From the NCBI RefSeq assembly GCF_001194135.2, contig NC_068985.1, forward strand, positions 124,057,099-124,121,098: 64,000 bases of DNA, read 5' to 3'. Positions 26,901-40,997 of the stretch are shown in pieces. The stretch is from Octopus bimaculoides. Taxonomy: Eukaryota. The position numbers and the translations under genes are program-made. Numbering within the stretch: the stretch's first letter is position 1; each line of letters opens with the position of its first letter. The notes under the pieces were generated by a model, which ran no database searches, was not told the origin of the DNA, and saw nothing but the letters and a program-made list of their open reading frames with translations.

Positions 26901-28384
26901 ATAAGCTGTCTGTTTATACCCCTGAATCATTTTTCGTCAAATTTCGGCATTTTTTGTCGAATTGATGTCACGTTGGTTAGTGCGAAAAAATGCCAAAATT
27001 TTACGATTTTTGAAAAATCGATGCTGATTAAGAATCGATTTTTAAAATATTCTAAATGCGTAAGCGACCGCATGGGCATAAGCCCCACGCACCTGTAAAG
27101 TTTCATCAAGGTCTGTTGGATAGTCTCAGCGGAATTAAAGTAATAATTTCACACACAAACTTGACATTTATTATTATAAATAATGTGTGTGTATTGCCGT
27201 GATCGCTATATCATTTGTATGATGCGGAAAATATTCCAGCAACGTTGCCCAGGTGAAGATGGCATTAACTTTAAAATTCATCCAAATCTTCGTCCGCCGT
27301 AACATCCGTCCTGTACAAAAAATTGAGCTCGCGTCACATCACAATACTAAGACAATACTATTTCTCTTCAGCTGACCCTCCACTCATACCAAGGCACATA
27401 AGAAGGAAACAAACCCCATCTCATTCAAACGGTTGAAGACAAATTTCTCCCAGAAATTCCAGATAAACATCTACACACGGACGGACATATTTCCGCAAAC
27501 GTTTACTCTTCACTTAAATGGCTAAAGAGTCATTGCTTGCAGTAATATATCCAGGCGACCAAAAATGACAGCATCATAAGATATAATTGAATATTAAGGA
27601 TATCATCAATCGTACGTCAGTTCGGTAAGGGTACACGAGGAAATATGCAACATAACCATATCATTTTTGAGTGGAAAAAATATGAATATCGATTGCTTGT
27701 TTATTACAGAAGGCTTTTATTCGCATATACGAATTGAGTTGAAACAGTGACACATAAACAAACAATTATTCTGAATTCGAATTAATACATTTTAATAGAA
27801 TAGGACGATGAGATTGAGCGACATGAGAGTCATAAATCTCGCCCATATGCGCACGTGGATATGTATGTATGTATGTATGTATAGATAATAGATAGATAGA
27901 TAGATAGATACATACATACATACATACATACATACATACATACATACATACATAATTACACACTTAAATGCACTATTAACTCCGTGTAATGTTTGCATAA
28001 ATACTTGCATGTATCTAATTTCATGTTTGATTGGAACTGAAATCCATATTAACTTCCTCCACAAACTCATATACGTACGAATGTTTGAATGTATGTATAA
28101 ATGTATGTATATATGTCTATGGGCGTATATAATTATGCATAATTATGCATATATCTCATATATATCTACACACGTAAAACAGATCCTAATTTTAAACCAT
28201 AAAGAGAAAATCCTGAAAGGATAAAAAGAATCGGTGATTGGTGAATAGAAAAAGGTGGGGTTGAGTGAAATGAAAACATAAAGCGGAGAGGAAAAAGATA
28301 GATAGGGAAAAAAGACTGCGAGAGATAGATCATGGGAAGTAGAAGAAATATTGTAATAATAATAGGACTTGATTGAGATTGATT

Positions 28385-28710
28385 ACATTGCTGCCAGAGC
28401 ATCAATAGACGTTCTTCACCTTCTCTTCTCTTCATTTTCAGATTTGCTGACATTCCTTGGCTTCCTCGGTCCCTTGATTTGTCCTTGTGTAATTATTCCT
28501 TATGGGGAAACCTCAAGGCACGTATGTATGCGCACAAGCTCTGTACATCGGACGATTTGAAGGAAGCTATTCGCGTGGAAGTCGTCCAAATTGACAAAGC
28601 AATGCTGGAGAAAGCAGAGGCCAACTTCCAAGAGCGACTTCAGAAATGCATCAATGAAAACGGACACCACATGATGGATGTTTTTTCTACACTTGATTTT
28701 GACAAATGCT
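28385..28710 (+). mobile_element. C-terminal fragment of a rosa/DD41D-like transposase
   Basis: HIAARASIDVL...RFADIPWLPRSLDLSLCNYSLWGNLKARMY...LKEAIR...NFQERLQKCINENGHH, the decayed WPPRSPDLxPxDxxLWG motif. Confidence 0.85.
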
Positions 28711-28726
28711 AATTCAATACGAACGA

Positions 28727-28770
<44 letters not shown>

Positions 28771-28918
28771 GAGGTTCTGGGAGGATAGAAAGGAAGGGTA
28801 TTTCCAATGCACCTCCCAACCCGTTCAACCCGCTCGACCTGCTCAACATTGGTACAGAAAAACAATTATAACTGATCATTAAGAATGTGTCAACGTTTTT
28901 CTTTGTCTTCATCGCTAG

Positions 28919-29212
28919 CTGGTGATTATCAAACACTGGTGACTGGTCACTACCAAGAAACCCGGGTCCGTGTGTATCGCGTAAGGCTAGAGAGGGGAAC
29001 GATGTTTTCCCTTCGCAAATACTAATCAGACACAGACAGTGTGTCATTAGCCAGCTGGAGGACATGTCTTCTTGGGGTTATAAACAACAGTAGCATCGTC
29101 CCTTATGGGACCCCCACATTCAGGTGGCAAATATACTTCACGATTCCGTGCTGCTACTGTTTACTTCTCGCTCAGAGATTTAATATTGCTATGTATATAT
29201 ATATACACATAC

Positions 29213-29264
<52 letters not shown>

Positions 29265-29369
29265 CTCTATGCATGTATGTTATCATTCAGTTTTTATTTC
29301 AAGACTACTTACCAATAGAGAAAGACCTAAATTTAAGGCTCCTTCATGGAAATTTCAACAAGGTAATTT

Positions 29370-29408
<39 letters not shown>

Positions 29409-29529
29409 GTACATGAAAGTGTGTATGCGTGTACGTGCAAGTAGGTGCAAGCATAACCGTGAAGAGAATATAGCTTTGGTTGTTAAAATGCATGGAAGCC
29501 TAATTAACACACAAATAATGTATGTGGGG

Positions 29530-29577
<48 letters not shown>

Positions 29578-31321
29578 ATGCATGCGACTTTGTGTTTTTG
29601 TTTCTCCCTACCACCGTTTGACACCGATTATAACGGTTTGTTCATGTCTCCTTATCATAGAGATTCTGTAAAATAGACTGTACCTTATGTATTAGACTCT
29701 AAAAAAATAAATGCTGGAGTTGATGTGTTAGATTAAACCCTTCAAAACAGTGCTTCAAAATGGCAACAGTCCAATGACAGACACAAGTAACGCACGCGCA
29801 CGCGCTCGTGTGTGCATTTGTGAAAGAAGACACCCGTATTTACGTTCTGAGTTTAAAATCCACCCAGGTAGATTTTGCCTTTCGGTGTCGATAAAATAAG
29901 TACTAGTTGAAATTGCTGGCTTTATGCCAAAATTTGAAACTAATATTATATCTCATCTGAATATTATATGGTTCAACTCACCATATTGTAATATGTAAAA
30001 ATTAATTTATTGCATATTCTTGCTGTCATTCAACAAGCATTTCCTAGTCACACAAATTTCACAAGCTCTTGACCCGAAACAGCTCTTGACCCGAAACAGT
30101 ATGAACATCAGCTATTGCTCCATGGACAGCAATGCCGTACAAATTACATAACACGATCGCAAACAAATAATCAGCCAGTCCTTGCTCATCCAGCCCCATC
30201 CTAAGAGCCAATCTGTAATTTCAGATTCATCCAGACCTTGCTACTATATAACTAATGACTTCATGCGGAGGTGATATGGTGAGCCAGTGTAGCACTAAAT
30301 AAGAAACTTGTCACCCTTTCAAAGCCTAGCCAGATTCGTGGGCCCGGTTTCCCGGTTTCTATGGCGTATGTCCCCAGCTGGACGGGACGCAAGTCCATCG
30401 CAGCGTTACTCAAGACACAGAAAGGAAGAGTGAGAGAAAGTTGGGGCGAAAGAGTACAACAGAGGTCGCCACCACCCCCTGCCGGAGCCCCGTGGAGCTT
30501 AGGTGTTTTCGCTCAATAAACACTCACGACGCCCGGTCTGGGAAACGAAACCGCGATTCTCCGACCGCGAGTCCACTGCCCTAACCATTGGGCCATTGCG
30601 CCTCCAAATAAGAAACAGAAGAACTATAATGGATTCTCAGGACACACCTAAAAGTAGATGCAACCCGTACAGATACTACAACAAATACACAGATGTAGCT
30701 TGTTATGGTAATAAGGAATATTAATCATCTTTGAGTAGTTAATTATAACAAAATTAGAAACTTTAAAATTTCATTTTCACCTAATTACATGCAGTCAATG
30801 TCAATTAAGTAAATCTATTATCAAAGGCTTCCAGCCGTGACTCTACCATTTTATTTATCTAACATTACAGTATTTAATATGTCATTCCGATTTTAAAGAC
30901 AACATAGTACGATTTGTAGGAGATAAGAGACCTATCTCTAGCCGTTCGAGTGACTTGTCGAAGTGCCTACATTTGTTCAATAGTAATGGCGGTGATACGG
31001 AAATAGATGGAGAAGGCAATATAATGCTGCTGTAGTAGAGCTAAAGGGTGGTATAGGTTAGTAGCAAGAATGTTGTTGCACCTATATAAAATCGGAGGTT
31101 GAATTAAGAGATCATTTCTGATAACCTAATTATGTTAGCTTAATACTGATTGATTCTGAAGGAATAACGAGATTTCCTTTTCCGAATCGATTCGCAACAT
31201 ATCCAATGTGGTAAGTCATTTACTAAAATCATTTATAAGATACACAGACTTTGCTACATGCATTTATACATACATGCATATATACATATATACATGCAAA
31301 CATACATATCTTAAATGTATA

Positions 31322-31360
<39 letters not shown>

Positions 31361-34300
31361 GTATGTATATATGTATGTTTGTATGTATGTATGTTTGTAT
31401 GTATGTGTGTATGCATGTATGTGTATGTATGTATGTGTATGTATGTGTGTATGTATGTATGTGTGTATGTATATATGTATGTATATATGTATCTATGTAT
31501 GTATGTGTGTGTGTGTATCTCATTATTCAGTTTTATTTCAAGATTTGTTGCCAATAGAGAAAGAACCGGTTTCTAACCTAGACCCAAGGATCCTTCATTG
31601 GAATTTCAACATCAACAACAGGGTATTTTTGTTTGTTTGTTTGTTTGTATGTATGTGTGTGTGTATGTATGTATGTATGTATGTATGTGTATGTATGTGC
31701 AGATATGCATGTTTTATGTATGTATTCTCATGCATATAGTTGCATATCTAAACTTGCTCATATATGTTTATCAAGACGTGCTCATATATATATATATTTC
31801 TGGTTTTGAGAAGCTTAATTTCTCAAGATTGGTAATTGGTCAGTGTGTTACATATCCCAGGGCCCCAATAATTACAGGTATAAACCTGAACTTGTAATCT
31901 GGATAGAGTAACTACAGATTTCTCAATATTCAGCATAGGTGTTCTCTTTTTCACTGATTTTCAGCTTATATTAACATCCACTGGGCAGCTAATTTCCACA
32001 ACTGTGCACAGTTTCGCTTCTCTATCTCAAGTCATTATATCAGGTATGTTGTGCTTACATTTTATTGAGGTCTTTACTTGTACATTCCACCAGTGTTCCT
32101 TTTTTTTTACTATGTATGTATGTATGTATGTATGTATGCTTCAGAGCTTCCTTGTAAGTGGCAAGCTCCCAGGTAAATTGAAATAGGGAATAATAATCCT
32201 CATCCATAAAGGAAGATACTACCCAACACAGCTCTTACAGCACTCCGACTCTGTGTTAAAGTAGTTATTCAGCAGCTCAAATGTGCACGTGATATAACTC
32301 GACTTTGATAAAGCCTTTTGTTAAGTCGACCGTGGTATCATATGTCACAAGCTGCGTAATCTCTGCATAGTCGGAAAACTTAGAGAGTGGCTACACGACT
32401 TTCTAAAAGATAGAAATTAAGTAATAGTAGCCAACGGGTCTACTGTGGACCTCTCAGACATACCGTAAGCTGCTCGGATAACCACCCTTGTTAGCTCTGC
32501 AAATGATGCAAGAAACTCTCAGAGGATACAGAAACCTGGAGATGTTGAGCATCTGCAATAGGAGTTGGATGCAATATACAGTTAGGCTGAGGACAATAAC
32601 ATGCAATTTATTGCTGGACGAAATGCAAATAGGATACACTAGCCCAGTGGGGATTGCAATCTCTGAATCAAAATAAGTGCGTGACCTGGGCATTGACATG
32701 AGTAATGAGGCATCTTTCCAGACGCATATTACTGAGTTGGCAATGAAATGCAGACGGCTGGCTGGATAAATCCTTCGGACATTCAGAACGAGGGATCAGG
32801 AAACCGTGATGCTCCTCTGGAGAACATGTGTTCTCAACCGTTTAGACAACTGTTCCCAACTATGGTCATCACATAGCGTAAAAGTAACGACGGAACTTGA
32901 AGCAACCCAGCCAAGCTATCGTCTCAATGCGACCTGTCAACTACAGGGAGGGACTGAAAAAATTAAGTCCCTAGAACGAAAGCGAGAAAGATACGTATGA
33001 TATAAATGTAGAAAATCCTGGGAAGACTCGTTCTAAACTTTTGCATTGAAAGTTACAGAAACAGCAAAGTGAATCACCAATGCAAAATGCCAAAACTCCC
33101 AACATCGCCATCAGGATACAGGACCAGATACTGAAACAGCTTGGGTTCCAAGGTCTCACAGTTCTTTAGTATCATTCCAAAAAGCCCATGAGACCTGCAT
33201 CGAGTGGAAGTAGGTGCCGTCAAAACAAAACTGATTTTTTTTCTGGATGAACTTATATCGCGGCAAGAGGCGCAGATGAGGGCAGCAACATCAAACTCTC
33301 ATTCACCAAATGCCACATATCAGAAAAGGTTTCAAGTAGCGAAAGCGTAGCAAAGCTAATAGCAGTGCCCCAGTATGGCCGCATCTCTCGAGCTGAAACT
33401 ACTAAAAAAAAGTTAAAATTGAAAGTCTTCAAAAGCCTATACTATACAAATTGAGAAAGTGAAATACTGGAGTGAAAACGGAAGGTGACAGAACGACAGT
33501 TTGGAATTTATCTTCCATTTCTATATTCAAACTTCATACTCCTTATTAAGGAGATCATGGTGGATCCTGTGGAACTGGTATATTTTGTTCAGATGTATGG
33601 GACATGCTTCGGTGTTGGGATATGCGCAGAATACATTAACCTCTCTGCCTCATGTAATTCTCGTCGTCTGTCCTTGATCGATGGTTTCATTTTATTAACG
33701 AGAACGGCGTCCTTGATGTTACATATAAAACCTTGATAATAAGCTTGAGTGTAACCTTTCTCTCTGTATTTTGTTAATGATGTGACTGTCTCCACGTGTT
33801 CCTTAATGCATACATTATTTGATTCTCTCTCTGAAGAATTTCTAATAGTAAATGTCATAAATGCCTCTCCTACAAGTACAATTTTTTAACTCCTAATAGC
33901 AAATGAAATGTGTAATGATGTGTGTGTATGAATGTATTATGTAGTACATGGGTTGCATTTAAATTACATTCAGTAGAATGGAACAAAAAAGCATTGACTT
34001 CTTTAAAATACCAAACCATAACTAAAATACAGCAACAGTACTTAGGTGAACTGCTATAAAACGAAATCGACCATAGTTCAATACATATAGAGTAATGGAA
34101 TATAACCATGATATTATCTAACATTCAGTATAATAAAAAGAATATAATGTAGCATTGTATAGTATAATACAATATGACATAATAGGCATTGATATACTTA
34201 ACTTCACAAATCAACTTGCTTTTACGAAAACTCATGCACAAAAATAAGCAAAGAACCAAAAGAAATAAAATGCCAACTATTATGTAGGTTATACATTATC

Positions 34301-35048
34301 AGTACTAACAAAACACATTGCAAATAAAAAAAATTTTTAAAAACTAAAGTAAAGCGAAACAAAATAACAATATGAACAATATGAACACGATGTCAGAAGT
34401 AGGTCGGTCTTCTCTTGTTATAAGAAAAAGAATAAAAATCACAACACAAGTAAGAAATGCTAGTGAACAACTTACCCTAGTCAGTACATAAAAGAAAACG
34501 GAAGTTATTGAAAACAGTCTTACCTCTGAAACAAGAAAGGAAAGAAACAAGAAATATAATAGAGAATATAATAGACAAAATTATAAAACGATTTTTTAAA
34601 AGAAAATAGGTTAAATAAAGATAAAATTTACATTAAATTATATGGAACAACAGTTAAGTTGCATTATTATTCCTTATTGCTTTTGTTCGAAATACGAAAC
34701 TAACAGTTATATAAAAGACAACAAAAATATATTCAAATTAATCACACAAATGAAAACCTTGCAGAAGATCAATAAATTGGTTTTAAAGCCAATTCAAATA
34801 AAACTGCAGCGACAAAATGGCGTAGACAGCTTTCGTTCATTCACTCGGTGCCGTCTACGTTTGATTTGATGCTAATTTTTCGTTTCACAGGAAATAGAGG
34901 GCGATAAATTTTTGAACATCCGCGTTACATTTAATTTCACCCATGACAAGGTTAGTGTTGATAACGTCACACAACAAAGCCACCAAACAATAGAGAGCGA
35001 GAGAAAGGTAATTAAAAGAAGAGAGGGAGGATTAAGCGGGGAGAGTTG

Positions 35049-35080
<32 letters not shown>

Positions 35081-35163
35081 CAGAGAGAGAGACAGAGAGA
35101 GAGAGTGAGAGAGAAACAGATAGACAGACAGACAGAGGGACAGAGACAGAGAGAGTGAGTGAG

Positions 35164-35211
<48 letters not shown>

Positions 35212-35880
35212 AGGAATACCCAAGAAGAACAAAGAGAAAGAAAAGGAACTAGAGATAAAGAAAAGAGATAGAAAAAAAGAGAGGGAATTATTTCCAAATG
35301 TATTTAAATATCTTGCAATCGGAGTGTAAAGAATAAAGCATCGAGACAATATAAGGCGGAGAATGAAAGTATGCTACATGATAGTGGCTTGTCTGTCTGT
35401 GTATCCACCTTTATGGCTTTCAATGTATATTTCTGTCTATCTAGCGATACGTTTAAGAGTACGTTGCATGCTCATTCTCTCTCTCTCTTTCTCTCTTTCT
35501 ATCTCCCCACCCATCTCTCTCTAAATGTATTTGGTTTGTGAGAATCTTTCGCATGGCATCTATCTGATGTTGGGAACCTGTGTTCATGACACGTTTAATA
35601 TGCAATAGGCTTATGTGTATAGCAGACGTCACGGACACCTGTTGCTGTAGATGATATTCCAATAGAAAAATCAATGTTGTTGTTCCATTCGAAGCCATTT
35701 GGTGATAGATTTAATCTAAGGCAAGTCCACTTAATCCGTCACCCGGTTTAACATCCTCAATTGGTTGATGTTCCCTTTTAACAGAATTCTCTCTATTACA
35801 AGCATTTGGACCAGGAGTTTGGTTTGGCGAAAACTTTTTCCTTTCTTCCCATCGGTCTCAAGGCCATGAAAAAAATAAAC
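28919..35880 (+). CDS. Speculative chain of three internal exons (28919-28980, 34891-34950, 35785-35880), unknown product
   Basis: Each has a pyrimidine tract+AG and a GTAAGG/GTTAGT/GTGAGT donor; phases 1-0, 0-0, 0-0 join to GDYQTLVTGHYQETRVRVYREIEGDKFLNIRVTFNFTHDKNSLYYKHLDQEFGLAKTFSFLPIGLKAMKKIN. No recognisable domain, start or stop. Confidence 0.2.
29283..29370 (+). repeat. Diverged copy of the 115-bp (TATG)n-embedded dispersed repeat
   Basis: TCATTCAGTTTTTATTTCAAGA..CCAATAGAGAAAG..CCTTCATGGAAATTTCAACA aligns with 31517-31630. Confidence 0.8.
30308..30605 (-). mobile_element. Full-length tRNA-derived SINE (distinct family) with an 11-bp TSD
   Basis: Reverse complement begins GGAGGCGCAATGGCCCAATGGTTAGGGCAG and contains CTGCGATGGACTTGCGTCCCGTCCAGCTGGGG. 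TSD AAATAAGAAAC at 30297-30307 and 30606-30616. Confidence 0.9.
31517..31630 (+). repeat. 115-bp dispersed repeat flanked by (TATG)/(TG)/(TTTG) microsatellites
   Basis: Nearly identical to the reverse complement of 56210-56323 (about 6 differences by eye). Confidence 0.9.
32190..33345 (+). mobile_element. CR1-like LINE RT fragment with internal deletions, through its 3' end
   Basis: VHVI*LDFDKAFC*VDRGIICHKLRNL..GKLREWLHDFLKDR; RDLGIDMS..SFQTHI; ILRTFRTRDQE..LWRT.VL.RLDNCSQLWS; AATSNSLIHQ. Confidence 0.88.
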
Positions 35881-35911
35881 GTGAGTTTGCTCTAGCTTCT
35901 CTGAATGAACG

Positions 35912-35946
<35 letters not shown>

Positions 35947-36277
35947 AATTCTGACACTCTCGAACTGAGCAGCATTGGGAATGCAGCTCAGTTTGAAAGT
36001 GGCAGAATTCAATGTAAATGGAATGTGAATCAATCTTCAAAACTTGCAAGAGACATACACATTCGCTTGCAATAAATACTGGAAACCCAACAGATCTACA
36101 ATGGAAGGGTGGCCTGACACGAAACAGGAACCCTAAACATTCACAGCGGATCTGCCAATATAGATTTATATGCACAAAGCAACGCTTATATAGGATTCAA
36201 ACTCATTACCTCTATGCAAAATGTCCAGTACTTTATAAACATTAACATTCTACAATCCCTTCTCTTCCTCATTCCTT

Positions 36278-36378
<101 letters not shown>

Positions 36379-36707
36379 TCTGCTCTTTTTGTCATTCTCA
36401 TTCTCTCACTCTCTCCTTCGTTCTTTCTTTCTCCGTATTATTTTCATTTAGTATTTACATTTATAATTTCCATTTAACACGTGATTGGTGATGTTATTGG
36501 AGCTTAAGTCTATCAAAATAGTTTTGATTATAATTTCCAATCTAACATCATGCATATTCAATCATATATATTAATGATGTTTTTAATTAGATACATAGCT
36601 GCAAGGAAGAGGTATAAAAATATGCAAAATGTTCATTTAGGTTTCTCATATCTTCAAGGAAAACATGACTGTAATACACATACAAACACACACGCGCGCT
36701 CACACAA

Positions 36708-36770
<63 letters not shown>

Positions 36771-36798
36771 CACACATATATGTATGCATTTAAGTATG

Positions 36799-36869
<71 letters not shown>

Positions 36870-36886
36870 CTGTCTCTCTCTCTCTA

Positions 36887-36917
<31 letters not shown>

Positions 36918-37289
36918 TTCATACGATAGTCAGAATTTATTATCTTTATAACTTGAAACTTTTCCTTTGGGAACTTTGATGTTTTTCATGTTGTCAATAT
37001 TTTATGCCAATTAAGTTTAGGCTTTGCAGTAATGCGAGGTTGCAGAAGATATTATACCTACCTAGCTCCTAGAATTAATTATTTTTTTAGGTAATCAACA
37101 ATGGATTCAATATTACAGAATTTTCTAAAAATAAAAGGAAAAATAATCAAATACGCCACCCTTTCACGAATTTATTTCAACGCTAACGAACAAATATATC
37201 ATTACATGGAACAATTAATTATAGGTAGAGTACAGCATAAACTACACATTGCTAGATTAAATATTTTGCCGCATTTAGTAACATCTCTT

Positions 37290-37440
37290 CACGTTCTACG
37301 TTCAAGTACCATCGAAGTGGAGTTTTCTTTTCATCTTCCCAGCGTCGATAAATTACCAGTAAAGTACTGGTTCGATAAAATTTAATAGATATCTTTCCCA
37401 AAATGCATGGCCTTGTGCCAAAAATAGAAATCATTAGCAA
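37290..37440 (+). mobile_element. Old SINE family B fragment
   Basis: ACGTTCAAGTACCATCGAAG..TTTTCATC..GTCGATAAATTACCAGT..GGCCTTGTGCCAAAA. Similar fragments at about 4550, 29840 and 47620-47765. Confidence 0.65.
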
Positions 37441-40400
37441 ACAGTTAATTGATCGTTATTAAGCTACGATCTATCGGATATATACTTCTGTATGTTTTGA
37501 ATTGTGATGCGACAACAATGAATAAATAACGAACGCTTAAGGCAATCTGCTCATTTATCACTATTTAAGTCCGATAGCTATCATGTTGGCGGAGGTGAAT
37601 TAACCCTCCTTGCATTTACTATTCTAGTCGGAATAAGAGGCGATTTTATGTAAGCTTTTCGTGCGTTTTCTTTCTATTTTTATATTTTAGAGGTGGATGA
37701 TGGATAGACACATCAAACTGTTCAATTTAATTCTACTTCGTGTATCATGCGTGATTTAAACAGAATTCGCGTTATTACCATTATTTGGACGTGGATCCCA
37801 GTAGAACTTCCTGTTTTTGCGATTTCCCAGCACATCGACACCTACTCATCCTTTGATGTCGATAGATTACACTAAATCTGGTAAACAAGTCTTTCTCTTC
37901 TTTTCTAATATCTATGCACCCCCGCCCAGACCAACCTAAACTCCAGCGTCACTTCCTACTGACACGAAAAAGCATGCGATCTGTACTTCCCTGACTCTGT
38001 CGCGGTGGCATTGTCATGCAACTTACATTCTCATATGCAGATCCCACTTGTGCCAATCTGTTTACACTGCTAGGATGATTGACTTCTGAGACGTCTTTTG
38101 TGTAGTATGTTCACTAACCTGTTGGGAAAACATTAGGATAGTCTTAACGCCTATATTCTCCAGAATCAGTACATACTCTGTGAAAACCCTTGCTGTGGAG
38201 AGATGAGCCTGACGCATTCTCAAAACGAAAGATGCCATAGCATCTGAGCCAGCCGAGAATAGACGGTTTGGAGCAGAAAGGGAGCAGTGAAAGTTCGGAT
38301 CATTCGTTAATGATTTAGGAACAAATGGATGCAGTAGCCTTCCAATAGAGTGGTTGAAGGAGGAATTCAGTGAAACTTTAATGTCACGGCTAGAATACAT
38401 TTGATCAAAAGGATTATTCAATCAAGAGTGATCTAGGGTTAAAGAACAGCAACAACGATAATAATGAGTTACATTTTCTTTTAACGTTTTCTGCTCTTAC
38501 ACACACACACACATACACACACACACACACACACAAACACCCACACACCCACACCCACACCCACACACACACATGCAAGATCAGCTCCAACGTAGTGTCT
38601 CGTAGATAGAAAACTGTATAGATAGTAGATATTATAACAGATTATAACCTGTACTCATGGCAAAAGCAATGAAATTTCGATGATTCTTGCCATTTAAATA
38701 AATGCAATCATATAGTATAATATAGTATAATATAGTATAATATAGTATAATATAATATAGCATAGATCACAGCTGGATTGCTCATATACGCAATTAATTT
38801 TTTACGCGTCATTAAAGTTCAGTTGATTTAATAAAACAGTCCATATCTTCATCAAGAGCATAGGTGACATACGTAATATGAACTTGCACCAGCGGAGATT
38901 CGAAACCAGGCAGGTGTCTCGACTCTTTTAAGATATATTTAACAATTAATGAATTTTGTGAAAACACTGTATTCAAAAATCTCGTATGCATTGAAAAACA
39001 CTGCACGGAAAGTATAAATTTCAGCAGCAGTATTCCGGATATCATATGTTATGGCTTAAAAATCATACCACTAACAACAGTTTCATTAGTTACCATTTAT
39101 GGAAATTATCTTCCCTTAAGATTATTAAATGTTTAAGAAAGACACACAGCCGTTAAATATAAACTTTCAACTTAGCAGAACCTTTATTCCTCTTTCTGTT
39201 AATCGTTCTGAAATATTAGCAGATCGATTAAACTGCCTCTCCCAACACCACACTTTAAATGTAGTTAAGATTTCACACTTCACTGCCTAAGCTATGCAGT
39301 GTAATTCATAATCAACTTACTGGTGATTTACTTGCAAAAACAACGAGCACTTCATCTTCAAAATAAGAAGATTGCAGGTTGCTGTCTACTCCTGTGATTC
39401 TCAATAATTCTATAGATCTTAAGAAAATAAGATTGAGAAAACAAATATAAAAGAAAACTAATTGCGGGATCAAATAGATCTATTATTGAAAAAGAAAATT
39501 AAGAAAACAGAAGGGAGACAAAAAGATGAGAAAATAAAACAAGATGGGATATAAACAAGAAAAGATAACTCACGTCGTATCATCACTTAGACAAGGCTAA
39601 ACATCTTGTCGTCTGCTTCAATGAAATGGATCTAATCAGGATAGGGTCGGGAGGGAGTGAGAGAATGAAAAGTAGGATGAATGTGTGAGGCAGAGGAAGA
39701 GAGAGAAAAAGAAAATATGTGTGTATGCGGGTGCACACACACTCACACACACTCATATATATGGTGCAAGAAAGATAAGAAAAAAACAGAGATAGTAACA
39801 GAATATGAGCAGCGAAAGGTGAGAGATAGTATCATAATTTACATGTTAAGAACAAGATTTATACAGAAAAAGGGGGGAACGAACAAGAAACAAAACTTGA
39901 GGTATTTCTCAAAAAGAAAGTTAAAAAGGAAGGAGGGAAACGATAGACAAGAAGATGGATGGATGATGAAAATGAGAAATTTAAGCTACAAGAATAAGAC
40001 AAAAAGTAACAGGTCAAGAAGGTATTTTCGAAAAGTGATAAAAGGATAAATTATACACGAAGAATAAGAAGAGGGGGGGGAGAAGAGGGGGGAGTATCAA
40101 GAAGAAGAAAATAAGAAAAATGAATGAATGAATGAAACATTTCATGAAAATTGTTGGCAAAAAATTAAGAATCGCAATGTCCTTAGCAGTTAATAATTAA
40201 CATTATCTCTTTGTTGTTTTTTTCAGTTTGAAGTAATGTATATTTTGTGAGAGTTGTGATGTTCATGTCTTTCCAAAGCGCATTCGTAACATGATCGTAG
40301 TTAAACGTTTTTAACTACGAATTTAGTCACCCAGGTGATATTGTAGCCACTTAGAATATTAATCCCAGACTGAGTGATAGATGTATATTTTAAAAGTATA

Positions 40401-40679
40401 TTTAATGAATCGTAATACTCAAAACTTAAAATCTGAAAATCAGAATCCAGAATCGGTTTTAGCAATAACTTTCCTTCAAATAATTATACAAATCGTGAAA
40501 GTGATAAAATATAACTCGTAACTAGTTTGGTAAGTACTTTGTTCTCGAAAAGTCACAATTTTTACCTTTACCCACGGCATCCATTTATTTTTATCACAAT
40601 ATTCTTTAAAATATACATTTACTTGAAATTTGTACAGTAAGTAAAAACTAAAGTTAAATATAAATAAAACTTGAAAGTG

Positions 40680-40834
40680 GAGGAAAGGCTGCGTGGTAAA
40701 AAAAAATTCGGTTCCCAACCACGCACTGCGTGACACCTTGAACTACTGTCGTCTATCATAATGGTCCCGGGCCAACTAAAGCTTTGAGAGTGGACCCGGC
40801 AGTTGGAGACTGAAAGAAATTAGTCGTATGTATG

Positions 40835-40868
<34 letters not shown>

Positions 40869-40910
40869 TGTGTGTATGAATGTGTGTATTATGTATGTAT
40901 GTATGTATGT

Positions 40911-40997
<87 letters not shown>

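Larger units (their letters stand above)
25518..27180 (-). mobile_element. Non-autonomous Helitron-like element with nested SINEs
   Basis: Minus-strand 3' end: imperfect GC hairpin CCTGAGTAAGGCCGGG, 10 nt, CTAG, then T of a (TA)n tract. The putative 5' end near 27180 resembles TCTATAATAAT with TC mutated. Continuity of the interior is assumed. Confidence 0.5.

Noticed and set aside
38062-38421. 119-aa minus ORF
   Set aside because: Its start lies in a family D repeat, the nearby acceptor gives stops in all frames, and there is no domain.
38890-38915. B-box-like GGTTTCGAATCTCC on the minus strand
   Set aside because: No A box or D-arm upstream.
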